63,496 bases of DNA, taken from the NCBI GenBank assembly GCA_964360435.1, contig CAYHVQ010000001.1:1-63496 (forward strand), given 5' to 3'. A model generated the notes under the pieces. The model had not been told where the DNA came from, searched no databases, and saw only the letters and a list, made by a program, of their open reading frames with translations. Shown in pieces: positions 10,765 through 19,468 of the stretch (its first letter is position 1; each line of letters opens with the position of its first letter). Position numbers and translations under genes: made by a program. This DNA is from an uncultured Gammaproteobacteria bacterium. GTDB taxonomy: Bacteria; Patescibacteriota; Patescibacteriia; CAYHVQ01.

Positions 10765-11600
10765 GCGGTGAGGACGTTGGATAAGGTGAGGGCAAAGCGA
10801 ACGGGCGCAAGACCGGTGTTCGCATGGCTGATCCATGCGGCTTTTGCGTATAGGCTCGGGTGAAGGCGACGGCTTGGGCTGGACTCGAGGGTTTCCGGAA
10901 TGGTTGCATCAATGACGATCGCGCCGTCTTTAATCATGAGATGCCGGATGTTTTGAAGATCCGTCTGCGCGGTAATCACGATGTCCGCGCGTTGGAGAAC
11001 CGATCGCGCCGAGGGAGAAAGCGTGCGGGGAGCTTCCGCGGGCACGCCGAGGGCTTGGTAGAGCGTTTGCGCCATCACGCGCCGGAACGCGGGATCGTTG
11101 GAAAGGATAACGCCGAATTTTTCCGAAAGCAGATGGTTGCGCGTTGCCACTTGAATAAGCCGCAGAACCCCTTCGACGCGTGGATCTCGGAGCGTGGGTT
11201 TCATTTTGAGTATCCGGCGGGCGGTGTGCGGGTGGAGGCCTCCGACATCTTTTGCTGGAGCGATGGATTCGATGATTTTTTGGGTATTGAGATGCTGGGG
11301 AAGGGGAGCTTGAAGGAAAATTCCCTGGATGTTGGGATCCGCGTTTAATTCATGGATGGTTTGAATGAAGTTGGCGGTGTTGCGGTTTGCGGGAAAGGAA
11401 AATAATCGGCAGGCGACGCCGGTTTCTTCGCAAATGCGGGTCGTGTGAGCAAGAAATGGATCGGCGCGATGGCGCGCGGTGGGAGTTTCCACAGCCAGGA
11501 CAGCCAACGCAGGTGCCAGTCTTCCGCGCTGGATGCGAAGTTGGAGTTCGGCAAGGATGGATGTCGCAATCGCTTTCCCTTCTAAAGTTTTTGCGCTCAT
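10746..11600 (-). CDS. folD: methylenetetrahydrofolate dehydrogenase/cyclohydrolase (divergent FolD)
   Basis: Length and N-terminal LEGKAIA..I resemble FolD, and it lies directly downstream of glyA. The C-terminal motifs are divergent. Confidence 0.7.
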   Translation of the reverse strand: MSAKTLEGKAIATSILAELQLRIQRGRLAPALAVLAVETPTARHRADPFLAHTTRICEETGVACRLFSFPANRNTANFIQTIHELNADPNIQGIFLQAPLPQHLNTQKIIESIAPAKDVGGLHPHTARRILKMKPTLRDPRVEGVLRLIQVATRNHLLSEKFGVILSNDPAFRRVMAQTLYQALGVPAEAPRTLSPSARSVLQRADIVITAQTDLQNIRHLMIKDGAIVIDATIPETLESSPSRRLHPSLYAKAAWISHANTGLAPVRFALTLSNVLTAYSLAS

Positions 11601-11604
11601 AAGT

Positions 11605-12855
11605 TTACGAGAGAACCCCCAGTCCGGGGTAAAGCGGGTGAGTCGCAGTCAGAGCCGCAACCGCGGATCGGACTTCATCGAGGACGGTCGGGTGAGTGGG
11701 GTGTTTGAGAGTTTTTCCGATCAGATGTCCGATGGTGGCCATTTCCTCGGCTACAAATCCGCGGGTTGTGAGGGCTGGCGATCCAACTCGAATCCCCGAT
11801 GGATCCATGGGGGACCGCGGGTCATTCGGAATCATATTTTTGTTGCAGGTGATGTTGACCTGGTCGAGCAGTTCTTGTGCTTGTTTGCCGGAGAGTCCCA
11901 GGGGCGTGACATCGGCGAGAACAAGGTGGTTTTCCGTTCCGCCAAATTGAATCCCGAGTCCCTCGTCGCGCAAGGCTTCACACAGTGCGTGGGCATTTTT
12001 TTTGACGGCGGCGGCGTAGGTTTTGAAAGCGGGTTGCAGAGCTTCGCCGAACGCGACGGCCTTTGCCGCAATGTTGTGCTCGTGGGGTCCACCTTGAAAA
12101 CCCGGGAACACGGATCGGTCAATGGTTTTGGCGAGCGCGTTTTTGCATAAAATCATGCCGCCGCGCGGGCCGCGGAGGGTTTTGTGCGTTGTTGTTGTCA
12201 CCACGTCAAACAGCGGCACGGGGTTGTTCATGACCCCGCCGGCAATAAGCCCGGCAATGTGCGCAATGTCCGCCATCGTCAGTGCGCCCACTTCGTCGGC
12301 AATGGTTTTGACCGCCGCGTAATCAATCTCCCGCGAGTAAGCCGAATATCCCACGAGGATGAGTTTGGGGTGATGCGCCTGTGCGAGCGCGCGGATTTCA
12401 TCGTAATCCATGTTGCCATCTGCCGTGGTTTTGTATCGAATAAAATTGTAGAATTTTGCCATGTGCGTCACCGGATGGCCGTGCGTCAGGTGCCCGCCGT
12501 GCGAAAGATCCATGCCCAGAACCGTATCGCCGGGTTCCAACAGCGCGGTGTACACGGCGATGTTCGCCGGAGCGCCGGATAGCGGCTGGACGTTGACGTG
12601 CTGTGCGCCGAAAAGCTGCTTGGCGCGTTCAATGGCAAGTCCTTCGGTCACATCCACGTACTGCGTGCCGCCGTAGTAGCGCTTGCCGATGTATCCTTCG
12701 GAGTATTTGTTTGTCATCACACTTCCCAAGGCCTCAAGAACGGCGCGCGAAACGAAATTTTCCGACGGAATCAATTCCAGTCCGTCCCGCTGGCGAGCGA
12801 GTTCGTGTTCAATGGCGTGGGCGACTTCGGGGTCTTGTTTGGAAAGGATGGACAT
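11605..12855 (-). CDS. glyA: serine hydroxymethyltransferase
   Basis: Start at [11 protein letters not shown]; conserved [17 protein letters not shown]-lysine region. Confidence 0.95.
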   Translation of the reverse strand: MSILSKQDPEVAHAIEHELARQRDGLELIPSENFVSRAVLEALGSVMTNKYSEGYIGKRYYGGTQYVDVTEGLAIERAKQLFGAQHVNVQPLSGAPANIAVYTALLEPGDTVLGMDLSHGGHLTHGHPVTHMAKFYNFIRYKTTADGNMDYDEIRALAQAHHPKLILVGYSAYSREIDYAAVKTIADEVGALTMADIAHIAGLIAGGVMNNPVPLFDVVTTTTHKTLRGPRGGMILCKNALAKTIDRSVFPGFQGGPHEHNIAAKAVAFGEALQPAFKTYAAAVKKNAHALCEALRDEGLGIQFGGTENHLVLADVTPLGLSGKQAQELLDQVNITCNKNMIPNDPRSPMDPSGIRVGSPALTTRGFVAEEMATIGHLIGKTLKHPTHPTVLDEVRSAVAALTATHPLYPGLGVLS

Positions 12856-12960
12856 ATTTGGAAAGATGAGTGCGTGAGGTTCTCCATTATAATACAAATC
12901 TCCCCTATTGCCAAAGTTGCGAGGTTTCAGTAGGATAAAGAGGAATCATTCTTTTTTCCT

Positions 12961-13821
12961 ATGATCAATATAGAACCTTCCTCCGTCAGCACGCGTAGGG
13001 TCGAGACGGCGCCGCAAGAACCGGATGAGCACGGGGAGCCGCAAGAACAGCGCCGCACGGAGCTTCAGGAGTTGATTTTGGAAGACTTGGAAAAGTTTGG
13101 AATTTTGGAACGCGGCGACCACGGAGAGCCGATCATTGATTTTGCGATCTTTGGAGATGTGTTGAGCGCCATTCTTCGTAACCATCGGCTGATGATTAAG
13201 CGATATCCTGAATTTCATCCGGAGGAGCCGCGGAGATTTTTTGCACTCGTCTTTCAAGGCGTGGATGTGGTGTCGAAAGAAGATTTTGAGCGCGCAAAGC
13301 ACGCTGGCGAACCTGCCGTCCCAAAACCGTTGTTTTATGAACCAGAGTCGCAAGACGCGGCGCTTGATCCCGAAGCGATTCGGGAAGCAGAATTCTACAT
13401 TGGACCATGGGAAATTTTTCGGAAGAGACCGGTGGAGAGTCAGTCTCTGCCAACGTTGTCCGGAGAAGATGTGGACTATCGAGAATCTTCTATTGCCGCG
13501 GTGATTTACCATCCAGAGTACGGCCGAGGGTATCGCGATCCCGAGACCGGAAAATTGATGGTATGGTGGCCCTCGCGGAAGGAATTTCATCCGATTTCGG
13601 TGAATTGGTTTGATCGGGAAATGAGCGAAAGTTTTGCTATTGACGCTGCGGAGTTGACGTCCTTGCGTTCTCCGGGAGTTTTTCTTCCGGAGTTTGCGCC
13701 GCATCTCATTATCTCATTGAAACGGGGGTGCTCACGCCGGACGATTTTCGCACAAAGTCCGGTCGCGATGCCATCGAAGGACTTCGGCAATCTCGCCGGA
13801 TCGGCGTGGGAGGAAGGATGA
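12961..13821 (+). CDS. hypothetical protein, probably the N-terminal fragment of a split larger gene
   Basis: Protein-like composition up to ..EFAPHLI. The remaining 35 codons follow the 8-bp duplication and look out of frame. Confidence 0.5.
   Translation: MINIEPSSVSTRRVETAPQEPDEHGEPQEQRRTELQELILEDLEKFGILERGDHGEPIIDFAIFGDVLSAILRNHRLMIKRYPEFHPEEPRRFFALVFQGVDVVSKEDFERAKHAGEPAVPKPLFYEPESQDAALDPEAIREAEFYIGPWEIFRKRPVESQSLPTLSGEDVDYRESSIAAVIYHPEYGRGYRDPETGKLMVWWPSRKEFHPISVNWFDREMSESFAIDAAELTSLRSPGVFLPEFAPHLIISLKRGCSRRTIFAQSPVAMPSKDFGNLAGSAWEEG
13703..13718 (+). repeat. 8-bp tandem duplication (atctcatt x2) causing a frameshift
   Basis: gc-atctcatt-atctcatt-ga is read directly. Removing one copy joins ..EFAPHLI to ETGVLTPDDFRTKSG.. 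in frame. Confidence 0.9.
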
Positions 13822-15476
13822 TGATTGGAAGTGTGGATTACTTTTTTGGCCGCGGTAGGGAAACTCTGGAAGAGTTGGAATATGCGGAAGCCTTTCCCGT
13901 GGGGCCGTCGTTAGGCGTCATGATTCAAGAGGATCCGGAAACCCAGCGTCGGCATCTCACACACACGTTTCAGATGTTTCAGCACGGGGATCCGCGTCTC
14001 AAGCGCCATAGCGTCACGCAAGGCGGCGCGGAAATTTTTCGCGTCAATCAAGAAGACGCCAACCTTCAAGAATATGATTCCCGCACGTTCCATCGAAAAT
14101 TTCCGAAAGAAAGCGGCGAGGCATTTAAGGCGCGCGTCGAGAGCGTAGAAAATTTTGAGTATCTCCTGCGGATTTCGGACCGGATTCGGACGCAGGGTGG
14201 TCCAGATCTTTTGAAACTTGACTACGACCCGTTGACGTTGATTTCTGCTGTCACTCGCGCGATCACTGCCAATCAAGGGGGATTTGTGCGTTTCGTTCGC
14301 GACTTCGGCTTGAACGGACTCCGATCCGTGGTGGGATTTGACGGAGAGGAAAAGGCCACGCGAGCGCTCTACAAATTGGGCGATGAGCTTCCACAGGCCC
14401 TGGCGCATCGGGTTATGGCGCGGATCGGGCGCGTGGCCAATGCTGTGGCATCGGTCATGAAGCAGGCCAGCGAGCTGCTACCGGAAGGGCAAACGATCCA
14501 GTCGGATGAGGCCGGACAGATTCGCGCTCAATTGCTTCGCCGCGGCGGGGATGTTTTGGCTCAACTCACCCAAGAACTTGCCGTCAGCGATGCTTCCGAG
14601 GCGTCGGTAGAAGCGCGGATCGCGGAAGAGATGAAAAAAATCGAGGCGCCGCTTCTGGTGTTGGCGAGCACCTATAAAGTTCTGCATGATGAAGGCCAGC
14701 GGGTGAAGCTCGAAGACTTGAAAGAGGTTGAGGTGGATGTGGAATCCGGCGCGGAGATTTCAAAAAAGGATCGCTTGGCCATGCGAGAGATTGCAGACGA
14801 GAACTGGTCACAGTATCCGCGCCTTCATGCCGCGGTCGTGGAAGGATTTGACGCCGCCCTGCAGAATCCGGCAAACCGATTTTACATCGCGCGGTATCGT
14901 GGGGAGATGTTGGGGTTTGTGCGGTTTGATGATCTGAAAAACGGGAACGTCTATGCCGGTTCGCTCAATATCCGGCCCGAGCTTCGCGGGTCTTCGCTTG
15001 GGGAGACGATTTTGAAAATGGCGATTGTGCAGGAATCCCGAAATCATCCTGTGGAGGCGACGGCATATCCAAAGTTGCCCATTGCCGAGCGGTATATTGG
15101 GGATTTCGGCTTTGTTGTCTCTGGCATGATTCCCAATTTTGAAAAAACCGGCGAGGCGTTTTTTAAGATGGAAATTGATCCGCGCGCAAACCCTTCCTAT
15201 CGTTACCTCAATGCCCCGCTTGCGGAAATCAAAAAAGACGCGCGTCCGCGTCCGCCGGCGCGAATCGAATCAGAACCGTTCGTGTTACAGTTTGACCTTC
15301 ACGGCGATTACAATGCGTTTCTCGAAGCATGTAACCAGATTCTCCGCGACGGAGGTATGGTCATGACCGCGTACCGGCGGGACCGGAAGGAGCCGGGGAT
15401 GGTCTGGGTGGGGTTTGAACCGAAGGCGACGGCGTCTGCAGCATCGTCGGCCGCGGGGAAGAAGGCGCGGCGCTAG
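13818..15476 (+). CDS. hypothetical protein with C-terminal GNAT acetyltransferase-like domain (C-terminal part of the split gene)
   Basis: ATG at 13818 with a GGAGGAAGG SD; the frame is open from GTG at 13728. GNAT-like FYIARYRGEMLGFVRFDD..RGSSLGETILKMAI. Confidence 0.55.
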   Translation: MMIGSVDYFFGRGRETLEELEYAEAFPVGPSLGVMIQEDPETQRRHLTHTFQMFQHGDPRLKRHSVTQGGAEIFRVNQEDANLQEYDSRTFHRKFPKESGEAFKARVESVENFEYLLRISDRIRTQGGPDLLKLDYDPLTLISAVTRAITANQGGFVRFVRDFGLNGLRSVVGFDGEEKATRALYKLGDELPQALAHRVMARIGRVANAVASVMKQASELLPEGQTIQSDEAGQIRAQLLRRGGDVLAQLTQELAVSDASEASVEARIAEEMKKIEAPLLVLASTYKVLHDEGQRVKLEDLKEVEVDVESGAEISKKDRLAMREIADENWSQYPRLHAAVVEGFDAALQNPANRFYIARYRGEMLGFVRFDDLKNGNVYAGSLNIRPELRGSSLGETILKMAIVQESRNHPVEATAYPKLPIAERYIGDFGFVVSGMIPNFEKTGEAFFKMEIDPRANPSYRYLNAPLAEIKKDARPRPPARIESEPFVLQFDLHGDYNAFLEACNQILRDGGMVMTAYRRDRKEPGMVWVGFEPKATASAASSAAGKKARR

Positions 15477-16248
15477 TGGTAGGTTGCGGGCCGGTGGTTT
15501 GTGCGGTGGTCCAGGCGTATTCAAACAACGCGCGGTGCATGATTGCAATCGAGGCGTTATCCACAATGACGCCGATTTTGGTTTTTTCGCTTACCGTGAT
15601 GTAAGAAATTTTTGTGTCATAGATCTGCATGACGGTTTGAAACTTTGGAAACGGGAAATTGATGAATCGGACATTGGTTTCCTCCGGGCCGAGTTTTTTG
15701 AAATACGTTTTGTTGTAGGGGGAGTTGGTCACGAGCACTTTCTTTTTGATATGCATCCGTCGCCGTCTGGCGATATAGTCCACGTTGAGTCTGTGCGCGT
15801 AAGTTTCTACGGCCTCCACATCCGCATAGGAGTAGATTTCCGTTTTCGCGGTGAGCGAGTCTTCGGCGACCCGTCGAATGCCGTCGTCGCCCTCAAAGAA
15901 GAGAACGCCGGGTTTGTCGGAAATGAGGTTGAAGTCGGAAATGAGGGAGGAGAGGACCCCAGAAAGCGCCAACTGGGCGTCTCGGGCCTGTTGTTCGCGT
16001 TTTTCCGAGAGTTCTTGGAGTTTGAGCGGATGTTTGGGAGTAAATTCCGCCACTTTTCCGGATGCTTCCTGCTTTTCGATCAAATCCAATTCCACAAGTT
16101 CATCCAGGGTTTTATAGACCAATCCGCGCTTCAGCGGACTTTTTTGGGCGATTTTTCCAGCCCGAAGCGGCCCATTTTTGAGCAAAATCTCGTAAATCGC
16201 GGCCTGATGGGCAGAAAGCCCCGTTTCTGTCAAAAATTGTTCGTACAT
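15361..16248 (-). CDS. TrmB-family transcriptional regulator
   Basis: N-terminal wHTH LSAHQAAIYEILLKNGPLRAGKIAQKSPLKRGLVYKTLDELVELDLIE. The P/S/T-rich last about 45 aa overlap the convergent upstream gene. Confidence 0.6.
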   Translation of the reverse strand: MYEQFLTETGLSAHQAAIYEILLKNGPLRAGKIAQKSPLKRGLVYKTLDELVELDLIEKQEASGKVAEFTPKHPLKLQELSEKREQQARDAQLALSGVLSSLISDFNLISDKPGVLFFEGDDGIRRVAEDSLTAKTEIYSYADVEAVETYAHRLNVDYIARRRRMHIKKKVLVTNSPYNKTYFKKLGPEETNVRFINFPFPKFQTVMQIYDTKISYITVSEKTKIGVIVDNASIAIMHRALFEYAWTTAQTTGPQPTTSAAPSSPRPTMLQTPSPSVQTPPRPSPAPSGPAGTRS

Positions 16249-16417
16249 GTGTTCGTTGGTTAATGGATCCTGTGGAGCAATTCATGTCATCTCAAATTAT
16301 ATCGCACCTTTTTATAAATGTCAATACTTTATGACAAAATAATATAATAAATATCGCAATAATGAACAAACATGATAGTATTATTATACATATTCTGCCA
16401 ATTCAAGTCACAAGCCC

Positions 16418-16446
16418 TTGACAAAATATGCGACATGATATATACT
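16418..16446 (+). promoter_or_regulatory. near-consensus sigma70-type promoter facing the ORF-poor tract
   Basis: TTGACA (16418-16423), 17-nt spacer, TATACT (16441-16446). Preceded by a very AT-rich stretch. Confidence 0.45.
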
Positions 16447-16819
16447 GCGGCGTTACGATGAAAAACCGAAAAGAAAGCAAGCCCTGATTCCCTTGCACCT
16501 TCCCAATCACCACGCATCCATTCCCGAGAAGAGAGAGCTCGAGAAAGCGGACATCCCTCCTTGTATGAAGGAGCGCGATGCCCCCTTTAAGAGCCGCTCT
16601 CGTCGAGCGGATTGTTTATTTGATTTTATCTCCGACCTCTGGACGGCCAAGGTGTGGCTCACGCGATCGCTCTGCGCTCGCCGAAAGTCCCCGTACCCTA
16701 GAGAGGAACACCCGGAGAAACCCTAAGTTCGAAGATCGCAAAAGGGCTGTGAGGACAGCAGTCGAGAGAGAATCATTGTCCTCAATATCCTTTGCGCTTC
16801 GAGCGTCCTCCCCGGTTAT

Positions 16820-16923
16820 GTCATCCCGGACTCGATCCGGGATCCACACCCGCGGGAGGGGCGGATAAACGGTGGACTTACCGATACTGCCCCATGGTCG
16901 TCCCGAGCTTGTCGAAGGATGAC
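16820..16923. repeat. GTCATCC-hairpin family element
   Basis: gtcatcccggactcgatccgggatcc at the left end, ..gtcgaaggatgac at the right end. Confidence 0.6.
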
Positions 16924-17025
16924 CGTGGAGGCGGCTAGGAAAACAATTCCGTTGACGCTTCACGTGCGCCCGCCTCGGTCTGGAAAAGGACAGAGGCGAG
17001 GCAGGCGAAGAGTCTTCTCAATCAT

Positions 17026-17062
17026 GTCATCCTGAAGTCGCCTAAGGCGACTAAAGGATCTC
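17026..17062. repeat. GTCATCC-hairpin family element (single unit)
   Basis: gtcatcctgaag-tcgcctaaggcga-ctaaaggatctc. Confidence 0.55.
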
Positions 17063-17355
17063 ATGTTCGAGCGACATCGTGATGCCGAAGAGAAAAGGCG
17101 ACTTCGACGAACTTTGAAAATTGAGTTCCCTCGAGAAGAGGAGGAAGAACCCTCGAACTCCTTGAAATCATATTTCGAGTCTCCAGGGTTTTACAGACTC
17201 ATCTTCTCAAGGGAGTCTCTCACGTTAGTGGGAGATTAACTGTCATCCATGAGGATCAATTTCCTTCACCGTCTGCCCGTACGCGAATGCGGGTAAACGG
17301 TGGCGGAAAGTGTTTCAGGAAACCGAATAGAGCTGGCGGATGCAGCCGTCGGCGC

Positions 17356-17574
17356 GAGAGCTCTGCATTAAGCTCTCTGTGGGTTTGAATCCCACCTACG
17401 ACCTAATGTCGTAGAATGTTTCCTCGGAGCATGAAAGAGAAAAGAGGGGAGTCGGGCGGAAACGGCAGGTGTTGGGATGTCTGGTGGTTCAAGTCCACCC
17501 ATGGGCACTGCTCATGACCATTCAGCCTGTCGTGGAAACACGATGACTCTTGAGGGTTCAACTCCCTCCCGTCA
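17356..17574 (+). ncRNA. candidate structured RNA region with three tRNA T-arm-like modules
   Basis: Module 1 (17379-17395): gtggg-tttgaat-cccac, followed by the 7-bp hairpin ctacgac/gtcgtag. Module 2 (17483-17499): ggtgg-ttcaagt-ccacc, followed by the 7-bp hairpin catgggc/gctcatg. Module 3 (17552-17568): gaggg-ttcaact-ccctc, preceded by a GAAA-tetraloop hairpin at 17530-17543. No full cloverleaf can be drawn. Confidence 0.3.
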
Positions 17575-17706
17575 CACGTTTTACGCCCAGTTCTGTGCAC
17601 ACGCACGGGGCTTGGGCGCCGGTGGGGGCAGGATTCGCGCACGCGTTCCTGCCTCCACCAACCTTTCTTTATGGCATGTTGTTCTCTTTAGGGACAGTTC
17701 ATCATT

Positions 17707-17780
17707 GTCATTCCCGCGAATGCGGGAATCCAGATGTCATCCTCGCACAGGCGGGGATCCCCGATCAAGTCGGGGATGAC
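17707..17780. repeat. GTCATCC-hairpin family element (three hairpins)
   Basis: gtcattcccgcgaatgcgggaatcc, gtcatcctcgcacaggcggggatcc, ccgatcaagtcggggatgac. Confidence 0.6.
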
Positions 17781-17894
17781 AAGTCTCTAAACAGGACAAC
17801 CTGCGAAGGCACAACCCCAGAGGAAATGCGTCGCGAGTGCGATGCAAATCCTTGAGGTTGGACTGCCTTCGAGTGCTCGAAGGGAGCACAAAAA

Positions 17895-18158
17895 ATGTCG
17901 CAGATCATTTCTGTTCCCACCTCCCCCGCCGAAGGTCGGCGGGCGGTGTCCTGTTACCGCCGCGCAAAGCGCGCGGCCCAGCGGGACGCCAGCCGTCGCG
18001 AGTCCATCGCGACGGCACAGTGGACGGCGCTCGTGGCCGTCCGGGCGACGCTCGAGACCGCGGCAACGCGGCTCGGGCTCCCCGCCTCCGCCCTCCACTG
18101 GAGGGACGGGGGCGTGTACATCGGGGACGCCCGGGTCCCCGACGCCGTCTACGCTTGA
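17895..18158 (+). CDS. hypothetical protein (87 aa), GC-rich
   Basis: ATG with an AGGGAG SD 8 nt upstream. Strong G/C preference at third codon positions in this frame only. Confidence 0.45.
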   Translation: MSQIISVPTSPAEGRRAVSCYRRAKRAAQRDASRRESIATAQWTALVAVRATLETAATRLGLPASALHWRDGGVYIGDARVPDAVYA

Positions 18159-18302
18159 CGGAAACGGCGCGTGAGGCGTCGCAGGGCAAATCGCCCAACC
18201 TCACTCGACCCGCTTTCGGTCGGCTCGCACGCACGCGAGAAATAGAAGCAAAAGGAAGGCGAGGTCGTGCACAACGTTTTCTCGCCGCCCTTTCTTACGA
18301 CC

Positions 18303-18495
18303 GGTGGCATTCAACCACCCACAGGTCTTGAGAATCGGTTTTTCTTAACCATCACCCCGTCTCACGCGGGCATTCGTGAGAATGCATGAAGAGTGCTTTG
18401 ATAAGGCTTCTTCGTGCGTATCCTTTCGTGATGGTTAGGATACGTGCAGGAAGTCTCATTAAAGTCCTCTTCAGCAAGAAGAGGATTTTTTGTTT
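18303..18495 (+). ncRNA. candidate leader/sRNA element, copy 1
   Basis: ggtgg-cattcaa-ccacc hairpin. AACCA(C/T)CAC boxes at 18312 and 18347. gtgatggtt (18428-18436) can pair with 18347-18355 or be sequestered in the cgtatcc/ggatacg hairpin. Ends in an intrinsic terminator. Similar to 20231-20430. Confidence 0.3.
18465..18495 (+). terminator. intrinsic terminator
   Basis: tcctcttc/gaagagga 8-bp stem, then ttttttgttt. Confidence 0.6.
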
Positions 18496-18520
18496 GAGAT
18501 TTTTCTCACTGTTTTTTTCT

Positions 18521-18545
18521 GTCATGCCGGACTCGATCCGGCATC
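18521..18545. repeat. GTCATCC-hairpin family element (single hairpin)
   Basis: gtcatgccggactcgatccggcatc. Confidence 0.55.
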
Positions 18546-18680
18546 TAGGGTGTAACAAGAAAAAACTGTGAGGGAAACCTCAACGGATAGGGAATGGGTT
18601 GCGGCGCCAAACATGCGTGCCGCAGGTAACTCCAATTTTGGAGCCCAAACCTTGTTCGCGCTTCCTGAAAGGGGAGCAAA

Positions 18681-19097
18681 GTGAATACCAAGCAGGTGGT
18701 GTTGGCGGGGATCGAGACGGCCGCGTTCGAAGTGTGCGAGGGGCTGTGGGCCATTTCGGCTCTGGCCCACCCGTGCATCTTCGAGTCGGGGGGCGAGCTC
18801 CCCCCGAACCCGGCGCTCGCCAAGGTCGTCAAGGCCGAGATGGCCGAGACGACCTTCGGGAAGGTGGGGAAGGCCACGCTCGTGGTGGCCGAGCCCCTGC
18901 CGGACCCTGCCGCCCTGGCCGCTCTGACGAAGTTCCGGGAGGAGTACCCGGACGTGAAGGTCGTGAGCTCCATGCTCTCGATCTCCGCGTTCCGTGGAGC
19001 CCTTCCGGGGCTCGTCGTGGGCCCGGTCGTCACGCCGGAGACCTGCCGTTCGGCGCCGGCCGACAAGCGGTGCTACCGGGATCGCTGGAGCTGCTAG
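18681..19097 (+). CDS. hypothetical protein (138 aa), GC-rich
   Basis: GTG start with an AGGGGAG SD; high GC3; no motif I recognise. Confidence 0.5.
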   Translation: MNTKQVVLAGIETAAFEVCEGLWAISALAHPCIFESGGELPPNPALAKVVKAEMAETTFGKVGKATLVVAEPLPDPAALAALTKFREEYPDVKVVSSMLSISAFRGALPGLVVGPVVTPETCRSAPADKRCYRDRWSC

Positions 19098-19387
19098 GAA
19101 GTTCCACCTCCTGACGCGCCGCACCCTCTCCTCACCCACGGGGTGGTGAGGAACTCGAGAGGTTCATAACCCCACAACAGGTCCCCGCGCTCCTTGGGTC
19201 AGCGCGGGAACACGGCCTTGAAAGACCCACAACCTCTTCGGCGGCTCCTCTGACTCGCACGTCATGAGCCGCCCTTCTTTCCCACTCGCTCTTCTTTACA
19301 AAAGGGCGGGTGAGAAGGATGCTCTTTCGTGGTTGCGTTGATGTTATCCTGGGATATGGAGTTCAGCATGACATACGTTTGCGTCTG

Positions 19388-19447
19388 TTCCTTTTTCCGC
19401 GGCTTTGCAAACGCAAAGGCGCCGAGAAAGGACGGCATCAGTCAAGA
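19388..19447 (+). repeat. 60-bp direct repeat, left copy, flanking the vapBC cassette
   Basis: ttcctttttccgcggctttgcaaacgcaaaggcgccgagaaaggacggcatcagtcaaga. 57/60 identical to 20090-20149. Contains the hairpin ctttgc-aaac-gcaaag. Confidence 0.85.
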
Positions 19448-19468
19448 GGTTCTTGAAGGATGTGTTTA

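Noticed and set aside
12946-13704. Antisense or overlapping ORFs in backbone genes. Examples: 12946-13704(-), 15415-16263(+), 31801-32673(+), 35306-36301(-), 9556-10224(-), 11479-12150(+), 48423-49154(-), 58858-59841(-).
   Set aside because: Each lies opposite or out of frame to a gene with clear family motifs, and has an unnatural, basic, low-complexity composition.
16683-16729. RNase P RNA, suggested by GAAAGTCC and CCCGGAGAAACCCTAAGTT resembling conserved RNase P blocks.
   Set aside because: The two blocks are only about 20 nt apart instead of well over 100 nt. I could not find the P4 3' strand (ACAGAA..GGCTTA-type) or other conserved helices. This is probably a chance resemblance, though an Rfam scan would settle it.
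17356-17574. Three bona fide tRNA genes.
   Set aside because: Only T-arm-like hairpins are present. I could not find matching 5' acceptor strands, D arms or 7-nt anticodon loops. The adjacent stems are closed hairpins rather than acceptor stems.
16820-17780. Possible CRISPR array formed by the repeated GTCATCC hairpins.
   Set aside because: Repeat units differ in sequence and length. Spacing is irregular, from about 24 to over 400 bp. The same family is scattered singly across the whole window, and no cas genes are present.
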